Positions 27,912 to 37,093 of a DNA stretch of 62,335 nucleotides are shown piece after piece (the first letter of the stretch is position 1; the number at the start of each line of letters is the position of its first letter). This stretch comes from a virus (Duplodnaviria > Caudoviricetes). The DNA lies in the IMG/VR virus record IMGVR_UViG_3300030380_000755, positions 1 to 62,335 of that record; one strand, written 5' to 3'. Under the pieces are notes generated by a model that searched no databases, was not told the DNA's origin, and saw only the letters and a list, made by a program, of their open reading frames with translations. The translations under genes and the position numbers were made by a program.

Positions 27912-28181
27912 TTATTTTTTCTTCTTATAATTCCGAGCGCGGTTCTTACTGCGGTTTTCTATTTTTACACCGTCTTTATTGGAACCACCTTTCGACAAGG
28001 CTTTCTTATGGCTGATGTCTTTGCCTTCACGTTTATCAGCTTTACCGTTCCTGTTAGCATCTTTACTGGTGCGATCCATCTTACGGCGGGCACGCTGACG
28101 TTCCATCCTAGCTTCAAAGGCTTTACTACCTACAGGTTTATTCTTTTGTTTAGGACGATCTTTGGGATTTTTATATGGCAT
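27912..28181 (-). CDS. HNH-like endonuclease
   Basis: GKDISHKKALSKGGSN...NRARN motif; basic protein. Confidence 0.6.
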   Translation of the reverse strand: MPYKNPKDRPKQKNKPVGSKAFEARMERQRARRKMDRTSKDANRNGKADKREGKDISHKKALSKGGSNKDGVKIENRSKNRARNYKKKK

Positions 28182-28849
28182 TAGTTGGCTCCGTTATGAA
28201 CACATTCAATAATAGGACAATATCGTCTGCACAATCCGTTAGGCCGTGCGTTCCACATGTCTTCTTTTGCTGCGGTTTCCATCTGCCCGTACTTACCGAG
28301 CCATTTCTCCCACAGCTTGGACTTATCATACTCCATGTAAGTATCTTTTACCAAGTCATTACAAACTACAAATAGTAATGCGGCGCGTACCTTTTTGATC
28401 TGCGGATACCGCGCCATCAGTGCAAGAGCCATTAACTCTAGCTGCCCTTTGTCCGCATACCTAGAAGATTTGCCTGTTTTATAGTCCACAACGGTGGCTA
28501 TTTCATCGTCCAATATTACTAAGTCAGCAATACCACGAAACCAAACATTAGAAGCGTAAAAGTTACAAGCCTCTAGGTTTTCCGTCAGGCCCATCTTTAT
28601 CTCGCACAGCTTTTCACCCTTTCTGTCCTTCAAAGATGTTAGGGCTTTCTTCGCATAGCTGAACTTTGCGGGTACAGGTGTATCCTTACCAATGAAGTCT
28701 TCGGCCATTTTGTGGAACTCGTTGCCATATAGTATAGCCTCGGTCTGCACGAACGGCACCTCTTTCAAGATGTGTTTGTGGTAATACTGCTTCGGGCATT
28801 GCTCAAAGTCTTTGATCTTACTGAAGGACCACGGCCATACTTTTGTCAC
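28181..28849 (-). CDS. PD-(D/E)XK exonuclease (Cas4/RecB-like)
   Basis: WSFS....F..CP, GIAD, VDYKTGK, QL..., C-terminal C...C...C. Confidence 0.88.
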   Translation of the reverse strand: MTKVWPWSFSKIKDFEQCPKQYYHKHILKEVPFVQTEAILYGNEFHKMAEDFIGKDTPVPAKFSYAKKALTSLKDRKGEKLCEIKMGLTENLEACNFYASNVWFRGIADLVILDDEIATVVDYKTGKSSRYADKGQLELMALALMARYPQIKKVRAALLFVVCNDLVKDTYMEYDKSKLWEKWLGKYGQMETAAKEDMWNARPNGLCRRYCPIIECVHNGAN

Positions 28850-30678
28850 TCACATTCTCCATACGATTTGCCTGTTCCGCTTTCGCATGTGATCGGCAAT
28901 CCATCAGCCCATTTAGGTGTTTGGTTCATACATTCTTCGACATATGCTTGTGCTTCACCCAACTCCTCGTCGGCTACACAGGCCACAATGCTGTCATGTA
29001 CAGTTAACACAACCTTGTATCTCTTGGCAATAAGTAACATTTGGTGTCCTATGATACAACGTGCAATAGCTTGACACACATTCTCCACCACCTTACCGCC
29101 GTATATACGTTTTGGACCTCTGCGTGTTTTGTATGTGTATTCGGGACCACGTTCCCCTTGCTCTGCGGCCAACCCATGATAAAACATAGGTAGACCAGAA
29201 GGTAAAATTATTGAGCTGGTAGGTGCGTCCACCTTCAATACGCCTTTACGCCCAAAATCTAAGGTATCCCCACGCTGCATACACTGAACCATATTATTAG
29301 CGGCTCGCCACAAGGAACTGATCGCACCGTTAGCATCGCGGTACACCTGTATGATGCGCCGCGCTTCTCCCAAGTCTATGTACACGCCCATGCCTTGTAA
29401 TTGTGCTTGAAACTTAACGGCACCCATACCGTAACCTGCGCCAAGGATTGTAGTCTTACCCACAAACCTTTGATCTTTGCTTACCCCATCTACTGGCACG
29501 TTATAGATACTGGACGCCATATATTTATATACGTCCTCACCGTCCGCAAACTGTTTGGTCAGATCATCTTGCCCTGCAAGCCACGCTAATACACGCGCTT
29601 CGATCTGTGAACTATCGCAGTCTATCAGGGAATGTCCTTTGGGCGCTATTATGCTACCCTTTAATTTCTTACCGTTCGGGCCACGGCTAGGTAGGTTCTG
29701 TAGGTTGATCTTATCGTCGCCGCCCCACCGTCCAGTATGTGCCGCATAATATCTTACAGGGACGGGCAGAAGTCCACGGTCCGAGATGTCGATGAACCTT
29801 TGAGTACGTGTTTCTTCTAACGTAGATTTACTACCAAGTCGCGCTGCTACTAACGACTGCACACGATCATCCTCATGTTCTAACAACTGTTTGAACTCTT
29901 CGTCGCTCTTGGCAAATGCAAATGTTTCTTTGCCTGTGGTTAGGCTTGTCTTCATCGGGGGTTTAACCCCAAACTTTTTTAACAACTCCGCAAACTTCGG
30001 GTTGGACATAAGGTCTTTCTTATCTTTTACCCCTGCATCAAATAGTAGTTGGGTTTTGCGATCTTTTACGTCTTGAAGGTGCGACTGCAATAACTCACGG
30101 TCCAAGTCTAGGGTAGGCTCTGTAAACATACGCAAAGTAGCGTCTATCAAACGTAACTCGCGGGGCGGGAACTGTCGTGCCATCCTACTAAAAAGTTTAT
30201 AGGTGAGGTCCACGTCATTAATACAGTAGTCGCCGTACTCCGCTAAATCTACGGGTCCAAAATCTCCACGCCTTTTCCCGAGCGCACGTACGACCTCTGT
30301 CCCTTTAACGCCGAGATTGTATCTTTCAGATAACGCAGCGAGGCTTGCGCGAGCTTCAGTCCCATGTAAGGCACGGGCAATACACAAAGTATCGGTATAC
30401 ATCCTAGGACGAATATTAAAATGCCAATTAAGAATGGCACCATCAAACATAGTGTTATGGCAAAGTACCATAGCTTCATGCCAGTCGAAACCGTTGAGAT
30501 ATCTTTTAAGTTGTTCATGCGTTCCACTAGCCCACTCCGTTTCTCCATTGTTTACTTTTACAGCTACGCCGATCACCTCAAATCGAGGATCACGTACATA
30601 GGCTTCTGTTGTTAGTTTAGACAGAGAGTAATCTCTATCATAATATGTTTCAAAATCTAGCGTTATAAGGTCCATCAA
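28846..30678 (-). CDS. polA: DNA polymerase family A with 3'-5' exonuclease
   Basis: LDFETY exo I, HN..FD exo II, YC..D exo III, TGRW, NLQN, D.SQIEAR motif A, K...LG..YG motif B, TVHDS motif C. Confidence 0.95.
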   Translation of the reverse strand: MMDLITLDFETYYDRDYSLSKLTTEAYVRDPRFEVIGVAVKVNNGETEWASGTHEQLKRYLNGFDWHEAMVLCHNTMFDGAILNWHFNIRPRMYTDTLCIARALHGTEARASLAALSERYNLGVKGTEVVRALGKRRGDFGPVDLAEYGDYCINDVDLTYKLFSRMARQFPPRELRLIDATLRMFTEPTLDLDRELLQSHLQDVKDRKTQLLFDAGVKDKKDLMSNPKFAELLKKFGVKPPMKTSLTTGKETFAFAKSDEEFKQLLEHEDDRVQSLVAARLGSKSTLEETRTQRFIDISDRGLLPVPVRYYAAHTGRWGGDDKINLQNLPSRGPNGKKLKGSIIAPKGHSLIDCDSSQIEARVLAWLAGQDDLTKQFADGEDVYKYMASSIYNVPVDGVSKDQRFVGKTTILGAGYGMGAVKFQAQLQGMGVYIDLGEARRIIQVYRDANGAISSLWRAANNMVQCMQRGDTLDFGRKGVLKVDAPTSSIILPSGLPMFYHGLAAEQGERGPEYTYKTRRGPKRIYGGKVVENVCQAIARCIIGHQMLLIAKRYKVVLTVHDSIVACVADEELGEAQAYVEECMNQTPKWADGLPITCESGTGKSYGECE

Positions 30679-31109
30679 CCCTTACTCACTAACTCACCAC
30701 CACATGCCATGTATCCACACGCGTCCACCCAGTTGTCTGGATGTGACGGGTTCGACTTTATACGCGCAGCTTTTAACAACGTCATCATCACGGCTACATC
30801 TGTGGCGCTTACATCCACGCCTAAATGCACAGACCAGTACTTACCTATGGTACTGAAGTTATTCTCCATGTTGCCATGGTCAGCCGCACGATCCTTGGTC
30901 ACATATCCTTTGGCGGTATCTAGCACCTGCCCACGCGTTACCTTACGCGCTTCCCTTTCAAACACTTCATCTGGTGTGCCGATCTTCTGCATCAGCTTAT
31001 ATACATACCCATAAGATGTTTTGGTAGCTGTAGCTATGTCGCTCACAGTGGCCTGTGGATGTTTAATTTTATACGCCCACACTATGTCTGCTTTACTTTT
31101 CTTAGTCAT
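30675..31109 (-). CDS. HTH plus DUF6378-like domain protein
   Basis: DR...HG...NF..I...WS, DVA.MM.LLK.AR, DNWVD..GY.A motifs. Confidence 0.7.
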   Translation of the reverse strand: MTKKSKADIVWAYKIKHPQATVSDIATATKTSYGYVYKLMQKIGTPDEVFEREARKVTRGQVLDTAKGYVTKDRAADHGNMENNFSTIGKYWSVHLGVDVSATDVAVMMTLLKAARIKSNPSHPDNWVDACGYMACGGELVSKG

Positions 31110-31126
31110 GCCGTTCTCCTAAACGA

Positions 31127-31378
31127 TTAAACAGTTTTTTTCTTCTTCAGTTTCTTTTTGCGGCGCTGTGCAATATATTCAAAAAGTTTTGTACTTAGCT
31201 TTCTTTGCACGAGGTTTACATAACCCTCGTTACTAGCTTGCATTGCAGAGGCGCGGTGCGTACCCCCTGCATATTCTCCTACGTAATACACAATACTGTC
31301 TCCGTACTGCGTATCTCTAATCGCATCTTCAAATGCAGTCTTGCCGCGCTCTTGTACGATGTTTAAAACCTTGCTCAT
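31127..31378 (-). CDS. Hypothetical protein
   Basis: 83 aa ORF overlapping the upstream stop codon. Confidence 0.65.
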   Translation of the reverse strand: MSKVLNIVQERGKTAFEDAIRDTQYGDSIVYYVGEYAGGTHRASAMQASNEGYVNLVQRKLSTKLFEYIAQRRKKKLKKKKTV

Positions 31379-31563
31379 ATCTTTTTACCTGCCTGTCTTA
31401 AACCACGAACAAACAAATCAAGTTCCTCACGTGCAGTCCAAAGTTCCTGTTGTATACGAGGCCGCGCATCGTTTCGATGTTCTTCGTCCTGTAAGTTATC
31501 AACCTGTCGCCGTAACCATTTTAGTTCGCTCTCTTGGAATGGGGTTAACTTAGTATCATCCAT
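31375..31563 (-). CDS. Hypothetical protein
   Basis: ATG 31563 preceded by GGAGG. Confidence 0.65.
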   Translation of the reverse strand: MDDTKLTPFQESELKWLRRQVDNLQDEEHRNDARPRIQQELWTAREELDLFVRGLRQAGKKI

Positions 31564-31575
31564 GTATGCCTCCAT

Positions 31576-31736
31576 TGTTAAAGTGGTGCCCCATGTCTGG
31601 AAACACGGGGACTAACCGTGACGCGGTTTCTTCGGTACGATCACATACGCTATGAACAATCATGGAGGGCGCTGCTCGTACTGCTGCGGTTTTCGTGGGA
31701 CAATATCCATAACCCACAACCCACTCACAGCTAGGG
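31576..31736 (-). ncRNA. Candidate structured non-coding RNA
   Basis: Intergenic region tiled by four stem-loops whose wobble pairs are G-U only on the minus strand. Confidence 0.45.
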
Positions 31737-32039
31737 TTAACCGTCTGAGACCATAGACCATGCACGTAACTCATCCATTACCGTGTGCATGTTGTCCTCA
31801 TTAACAACCATGTCCAGTCCCCCTGCGGCACGTATCTCTTTTAGGTTCTTAGCTTGCAAGGGTGTGGGTTTGTTTTTCCCTGCCTTACATTCGATCCCAA
31901 AAAATAATCCTTCGTAACATCCTATAATGTCAGGCACACCGCTACCTCCGTAGCCACCTGTTACAGGGTAAAAGTAGTAGGCGCGTAGCTGCTTTAGCTG
32001 CTCTACCACTTTCTTTTTAACTTTTGCTTCGGGTGTCAT
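31737..32039 (-). CDS. VRR-NUC family nuclease / resolvase
   Basis: MTPE.KVK, G.PDII, GIECKA, PT.LQ motifs; start reassigned to ATG 32039 (GGAGG SD). Confidence 0.85.
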   Translation of the reverse strand: MTPEAKVKKKVVEQLKQLRAYYFYPVTGGYGGSGVPDIIGCYEGLFFGIECKAGKNKPTPLQAKNLKEIRAAGGLDMVVNEDNMHTVMDELRAWSMVSDG

Positions 32040-32093
32040 TGTCGTCCTCCATGATACCAGTACCCCCCAAGCGAGGAGCCGTGACCCCTCGCC

Positions 32094-32110
32094 ATTTAGG
32101 GAATTCCCTA
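32094..32110. promoter_or_regulatory. Palindrome copy 2
   Basis: atttagggaattcccta, upstream of the VRR-NUC gene. Confidence 0.75.
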
Positions 32111-32359
32111 TTTGTAGACCCAAAATAAGTATGGGCCGATACGTGCACCCACGCCATCTACATCATTAGGTGGTGGTGGAACTTTCAGCATATTCAGCGT
32201 AGCTATTCGCTCTTGCATCCAGTTTGGTAGCTCGTCCACAGAATTGTAGTGACCATCGACTTCTTTGTCAACCTTTCCAATACCAAAACTTGTGATTGTA
32301 ACGTGTTTAGTATCAAATGCTACGTTTACACGATAAGTTATACCATCGGTTGTACCCAT
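32108..32359 (-). CDS. Hypothetical protein
   Basis: 83 aa; LP.W...IA.L...V.GVG motif, similar to the C-terminus of 32371-33279. Confidence 0.65.
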   Translation of the reverse strand: MGTTDGITYRVNVAFDTKHVTITSFGIGKVDKEVDGHYNSVDELPNWMQERIATLNMLKVPPPPNDVDGVGARIGPYLFWVYK

Positions 32360-32370
32360 GTGTTTGCACC

Positions 32371-33279
32371 TTACACGTAGAGGTAAAACGTATGGGCATT
32401 TACTTTGTATCCCACACCCTCTACGAAGTGACCATCTTCACACATACTCATAGCAGCGCACTTGTGTTGCATATCTTCCGACACCTCGTCTGGTTCGTAA
32501 GATTGTACCATCTCCACCTCGAGTCGGTAGTTTTTGGTCACGTCTTTGACACGCGCACAGTTGACCACTTGTTTACCCCATCGCTCGGCAATGTGAACAA
32601 AGTCCATAGGCACAGCACGATCACTAAACCTGTTGGCTTCTTCCTGTTGCTCAAACATATCACGGACAGCGGCATCAAGCTCCTTGTCGATAAACGTATG
32701 ACCAGACTGCACCATGGTTCGTAGCTCGGCCATCAAACGTTCTGCGGCTTTTTTGTCTGAGCCATAACCGCTTGTGTTGAGGCCAACGGTAAGTTTTGCA
32801 TGGTCATAATTTGATCGTACGGTGCTCTTGAACTTTTCTACTTCTTGTCTAACATTTTTCACCAAAGCGGTAGCACATTCGCCCACAGTGTAAGATACAA
32901 GATGTCTCTTAGCATGTTTCACGGCGGTATCCATGTTGATCGCCATACGCATGTTGTGTTGATCGCCACTGGTACAATACTTATTGTTCTCAATGTTACG
33001 TGCACACACGATGTACTTATCCTCACCGTGCACACTGGTCGCAAAGTCACCATACCCGATGTACCCCGTAGTCATCAGGTCACCCTCACGGTAGACATAT
33101 ACTGTATTGTTACTGCGTGGTATGGTCTTTACGCGTAACGTTTTTTCTACTGCGCGAACGAACTCGCGTAGTTGAGGTTTCATCTTATCTTGTTCTAGCA
33201 CCTCACCGATATCATCTTTAGGCGTAAAACGAGCCGCTTGTGCTTTGGCGGCGTCTACTATTGTATGATTTATAGACAT
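32371..33279 (-). CDS. Hypothetical early protein
   Basis: 302 aa ORF with GAGGA SD. Confidence 0.75.
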   Translation of the reverse strand: MSINHTIVDAAKAQAARFTPKDDIGEVLEQDKMKPQLREFVRAVEKTLRVKTIPRSNNTVYVYREGDLMTTGYIGYGDFATSVHGEDKYIVCARNIENNKYCTSGDQHNMRMAINMDTAVKHAKRHLVSYTVGECATALVKNVRQEVEKFKSTVRSNYDHAKLTVGLNTSGYGSDKKAAERLMAELRTMVQSGHTFIDKELDAAVRDMFEQQEEANRFSDRAVPMDFVHIAERWGKQVVNCARVKDVTKNYRLEVEMVQSYEPDEVSEDMQHKCAAMSMCEDGHFVEGVGYKVNAHTFYLYV

Positions 33280-33282
33280 TTT

Positions 33283-34284
33283 TTATCCTCTCACTTTTTT
33301 TGTAAAACCGCAGACTTTGTTGATCTTGCGGTTGAATTGCGCTTTGACGCATTTAATATGCTCCGCGTCACTTTCAAACATGTGACGCGTATGATAAGCG
33401 GTTTCACCCATTATCGCGTACATAAGATGTAACCGTAGTGTGTGTTCAGAGTTAGTTATAACCTTACGTGTAGTCTCTGAATTACTTTCAAAACTATCAA
33501 TTATATTCCATCCGTAACTACCTAATTCACTACGAACTTCCTCACGCATACGGTTGTTGTACTCGTAATCTCTTGTAGGTAACAGCGGATACATAGTGAA
33601 CGCCCATTCGCGGAACTCAGCAATAGCATCCTTCATCTTGGCTTTGGCTTTCGTATTTACCCGAACCTTGGGCGGAACAGGCAGCTTCTTACCACCGTCC
33701 ACAAAAGATATTTTGTCGCTGTCAACACGAAACGTCAGCGCCACACCATCATCACGAGATGTTAAGTGTTTATTCCATTGGTTTTTACGCGCATCATCAG
33801 GCAGCGCCCACGCAGCTAACGTGTTGCTCTTGGCAAGATAGTATTCTGTGTCACCTACTTTGATGAAGTGTTTACCGTTACGAATGATGAACCGCATACC
33901 CTGTGGCAAGTGTCTGTCTAAGAAACTATACCGACTGTTGTGTGCACCTTGCCCTGTACCATTACGCACCTTGATTGTAGTCGTACCATCTCTGTGTCTA
34001 CGCCACACGATTGGTGCAAGGTTAATCATTTCTGCCTCGGTTGGTTTACCTTTGTTATCACTGTAACCCCAAGTGCGAAACACATCATCACCAGTGTTAT
34101 ATCCGTCTGTCAGCACGTAGCAGTTGTTGTTGATCTTTTTGATCCGCTCCCATTTACGCGCACGGTCACCAAGAGGACGTATGTTGTGTAGTACAAGTTT
34201 ACCACGCAGCGGTTTGATAGCATCGTAGCATGCTGCTACTTTATCGAATGTGCTTAGTGTTATGTTTTGCCAATATAAGGCCAT
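33283..34284 (-). CDS. Hypothetical early protein
   Basis: Start reassigned to ATG 34284 (GGAG SD); the upstream extension in the ORF track overlaps another gene. Confidence 0.7.
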   Translation of the reverse strand: MALYWQNITLSTFDKVAACYDAIKPLRGKLVLHNIRPLGDRARKWERIKKINNNCYVLTDGYNTGDDVFRTWGYSDNKGKPTEAEMINLAPIVWRRHRDGTTTIKVRNGTGQGAHNSRYSFLDRHLPQGMRFIIRNGKHFIKVGDTEYYLAKSNTLAAWALPDDARKNQWNKHLTSRDDGVALTFRVDSDKISFVDGGKKLPVPPKVRVNTKAKAKMKDAIAEFREWAFTMYPLLPTRDYEYNNRMREEVRSELGSYGWNIIDSFESNSETTRKVITNSEHTLRLHLMYAIMGETAYHTRHMFESDAEHIKCVKAQFNRKINKVCGFTKKVRG

Positions 34285-34329
34285 TGTATTTCTCCATTTG
34301 TTATGAGGTGACACCGCGCCACCCCTTCC

Positions 34330-34349
34330 ATTTAGGGAATTCCCTAAAT
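34330..34349. promoter_or_regulatory. Palindrome copy 3
   Basis: atttagggaattccctaaat. Confidence 0.8.
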
Positions 34350-35059
34350 CAATAATTTTTACCCACGTACCACGCGGCAACCACCAACACGGATACCAGT
34401 ACCCCCCAGACAAGACGCTTGGGTATACGTATAGTAAACACGTTTGTATCGACAGCAGTGGTAACCTTGGGATCGGTAAGCGTTGATTCAACGACGGGCT
34501 GTGCCTCCTTCTGTGTAACACGTTTTGGCTTGGCCTGTACGTGAGCTCTTCCGGGGTCAGGTTTGGATTGTGCTTTTGGATTGATGTCATCCAACTCAGC
34601 GGAGGTAAACGCATCCCATTGACCCTTACCCTTACGCGAGTGATTACCATAAAACACGGGGCCATACTCCGTAGTCAAAACTTCACGCGCCTCACCTGTT
34701 ACGTTATCAGGAATGAACCAACACATACCGTCCCACTTTGCGCCTAACGCCTTGGCCTGTTCCTTTGTATCAAACGTAACATGACGTAAGTAATACTTTG
34801 GTTTGGCCCGTACGGGTTTATCATCAACAAGCGCACTTATGTTGAATGGTTCTTCTATTATCTCAATAGCACGTTCTGACATTTGTGCCATACTCTTGTT
34901 CCATACGGCCATTTTCACTTGCACCGATTTCTCGGTACGTCCTAGTTGATTAGCAATATCTTTGTAGGCAAAGCCATCGTTTCTCAAAGTTATAAGCGTT
35001 TCCAACTCTTTACTTGTCCATGATTTGTTGCTCATAGGGGCAAAATTTGTTGTAACCAT
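34349..35059 (-). CDS. GcrA/Myb-like HTH plus DUF5710-like domain plus C-terminal transmembrane helix
   Basis: WT..E...L..L...G....IA..LGRT..SV; K..AKALGAKWD...W; LVWGVLVSVLVVAAWY. Confidence 0.65.
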   Translation of the reverse strand: MVTTNFAPMSNKSWTSKELETLITLRNDGFAYKDIANQLGRTEKSVQVKMAVWNKSMAQMSERAIEIIEEPFNISALVDDKPVRAKPKYYLRHVTFDTKEQAKALGAKWDGMCWFIPDNVTGEAREVLTTEYGPVFYGNHSRKGKGQWDAFTSAELDDINPKAQSKPDPGRAHVQAKPKRVTQKEAQPVVESTLTDPKVTTAVDTNVFTIRIPKRLVWGVLVSVLVVAAWYVGKNY

Positions 35060-35064
35060 GACGG

Positions 35065-35286
35065 TTATCCTCCAGTTTGTGGCCTTACTTTTGGCCTTAT
35101 TATTTTGGACACTACATCTGTCCGTTCACATTGAACCATGCTATTTCTATCGAAAGCATAGATCGGGTCGTAGTACGCACTTAACGCATCACCACATTCT
35201 TGCGCACTGGGGAAAACAATACTTGATCGCACGAATTCCCCTTGGATATGATAACTTAATACCATGATCGTAAAATATTCTATCAA
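35065..35286 (-). CDS. Hypothetical protein
   Basis: 73 aa ORF in the operon. Confidence 0.6.
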   Translation of the reverse strand: MIEYFTIMVLSYHIQGEFVRSSIVFPSAQECGDALSAYYDPIYAFDRNSMVQCERTDVVSKIIRPKVRPQTGG

Positions 35287-35429
35287 AAGTCTGGTTCTCC
35301 ATTTTCATCAAAGGTTGGCGTTTTGAAAGTGAAGTCACGCTCCACCTTCGGCTCTGGTTCTTTGGGTTGCAAAGGTATAACGCCTATAGCTTTCAACGCT
35401 ACCTCTAACGTGTTAGGTATATCACCCAT
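35283..35429 (-). CDS. Small hypothetical protein (not in ORF track)
   Basis: 48 aa MGDIPNTLEVAL...NGEPDF; GGAGG SD; fills the gap with overlapping start/stop codons. Confidence 0.55.
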   Translation of the reverse strand: MGDIPNTLEVALKAIGVIPLQPKEPEPKVERDFTFKTPTFDENGEPDF

Positions 35430-35646
35430 CTTCATCCTCCCAGTCTCGTTCGATTTCTCCTAACCCCTTACAGTTATCGCACTCCACTTGGTATTCTTCC
35501 AAGTATCCGTACGGATTTGTGGAACTCATAGGCACAGCACGTTCACGCGTCTGTTTACCTGTACCGTCACACTCAGGACATGCGATAAACGGATTATCTA
35601 CAAAGATATTATTCAATGCATACGTCCCCCTTGGTTCTGCACACAC
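35422..35646 (-). CDS. Small DnaJ-type zinc-finger protein
   Basis: CPECDGTG and CDNCKGLG (CxxCxGxG twice); start uncertain. Confidence 0.65.
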   Translation of the reverse strand: MCAEPRGTYALNNIFVDNPFIACPECDGTGKQTRERAVPMSSTNPYGYLEEYQVECDNCKGLGEIERDWEDEDG

Positions 35647-35894
35647 CGCTTCAAGAACGCGGCGGCTTCTTCCTCGGCTTCACGTACGACAGTATCTTCG
35701 TGCGCATCTGCAAGCATATCAGAGCCATGGTCACGCATGAAATCATCAAACATACCCATGATACCTACGAGTATAGACGCCCTTATGTGGACAGGCTGCT
35801 CCATGAAATCTTCCATGAACTCCATACCGATAGACACATCTGTATCGTCAATGTCAGCGTGTATCTCTAGTACCTTCATCTTCTTAGCCATCAT
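35613..35894 (-). CDS. Acidic hypothetical protein
   Basis: 93 aa, GGAGG SD, overlaps the upstream stop codon. Confidence 0.65.
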   Translation of the reverse strand: MMAKKMKVLEIHADIDDTDVSIGMEFMEDFMEQPVHIRASILVGIMGMFDDFMRDHGSDMLADAHEDTVVREAEEEAAAFLKRCVQNQGGRMH

Positions 35895-37093
35895 AAATCC
35901 TCCGACTGTACATGCACCGTCACACCGTGATCGGGCTTGGCATTCTTGTTATCCACGATCACCCACAACACAGGATGATCCCACGTACCCCAACCACCGT
36001 AGAGGTAGCCATCTGTAAACACGATAGACGCTTGTGGTTTTATGTTATGCTCGCGCAAATATGCAGGGACACAACGTACATCTGTGCCGCCCCCACCTAC
36101 AGGGTTAGTCTTGGCCGCTACGGTATACAGTTCGTCGTTGGTATACTTCTCGTACCCACAGACTTCTGTGTCCCAATAGCTTACGTGTAACTCGTCAGGC
36201 TTGACTGCTTCACAGATACCAACCAATTCACTAATCATTATCTGCTGTTCACGCTTACCGATGGAACCAGACATGTCGTTGTGTTCTGCGATACACTCAA
36301 CTTGTTCTGAGATGCCGCTTGGCATGTAGATACCTGCCGACACGTATTTACGATTTGGTTTATTCCATGTTGAGTAGTCGCTACCTGCACAGGTTGTTTG
36401 TACAAATTCACGCAACGCTTCACGCCAATCAACCTTGGGCTTCAACAATTCTTCCATGTCACGGTTGCCACCACTGCCCATCTTACCTGCAACAAGTGAA
36501 CCTTGGCGTATGGCCTCGTCCACCTCGCGTTGTATCTCACGTTGCTCGTCGGGCGTCATGTCTTGTGCACCTTCCCAATCGTGATCGTCGAACCCTTGGG
36601 GATGATTGCCACGGCCACCGCCGCCACCGCCATCTTCTTCGTTGTATATATCCCAGAAGATTTTAGCCGTACCCCAACCCTTGTATTTGGGATTATGGCA
36701 TCCACCCTTGGGCATCTTGACCCAACCATCTTCGCTGTACTCCTCAATGATCTTACCATTGATATCGTAGTCCATTGCGATGTTGGCGGTGTGCGGACAT
36801 ATCTTCCACAAGTGTGCCCACGTTACCAAGTGACGATACATCTTGTGGAACACCTCGTGTATCACGACGAACCGTAACTCTGCATCGTTATGTGCAGATA
36901 CAAACGCCCTACCGTAAAACTCGTCACGTCCGTTGGTACAGGCTGTTGGCACCTTGTCATCAATCGTACGTTCACCGATCATTAGCAACCCTGATATCTC
37001 GGGGATACGCGGCATGATATCAACGACTGCTTTGGATAGCCGTTGTTCTTCCGTTAGTTGTTTACCTATTGTCAACATTATTCTTTCCTCCAT
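35891..37093 (-). CDS. Metallopeptidase-vWA protein (DUF2201-type)
   Basis: PTACTNG, HEVFH (HExxH), N.A.D..IN, MIDAS DMSGS, GGGGTD, FTDG. Confidence 0.88.
   Translation of the reverse strand: MEERIMLTIGKQLTEEQRLSKAVVDIMPRIPEISGLLMIGERTIDDKVPTACTNGRDEFYGRAFVSAHNDAELRFVVIHEVFHKMYRHLVTWAHLWKICPHTANIAMDYDINGKIIEEYSEDGWVKMPKGGCHNPKYKGWGTAKIFWDIYNEEDGGGGGGRGNHPQGFDDHDWEGAQDMTPDEQREIQREVDEAIRQGSLVAGKMGSGGNRDMEELLKPKVDWREALREFVQTTCAGSDYSTWNKPNRKYVSAGIYMPSGISEQVECIAEHNDMSGSIGKREQQIMISELVGICEAVKPDELHVSYWDTEVCGYEKYTNDELYTVAAKTNPVGGGGTDVRCVPAYLREHNIKPQASIVFTDGYLYGGWGTWDHPVLWVIVDNKNAKPDHGVTVHVQSEDL

Noticed and set aside
28181-28849. Cas4 as evidence of a CRISPR system
   Set aside because: Stand-alone Cas4-like exonucleases beside PolA and SNF2 helicase are normal phage replication genes.
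31580-31660. tRNA or tmRNA suggested by a CACCA end on the minus strand
   Set aside because: No T-loop (TTCRA), D-loop or acceptor-stem pairing found; kept only as a generic structured RNA candidate.
34285-34665. N-terminal extensions in the ORF track (34285-34665; also 32040-32123, 41732-41791, 51786-51908)
   Set aside because: They overlap other genes or regulatory elements, and better-supported starts lie downstream.
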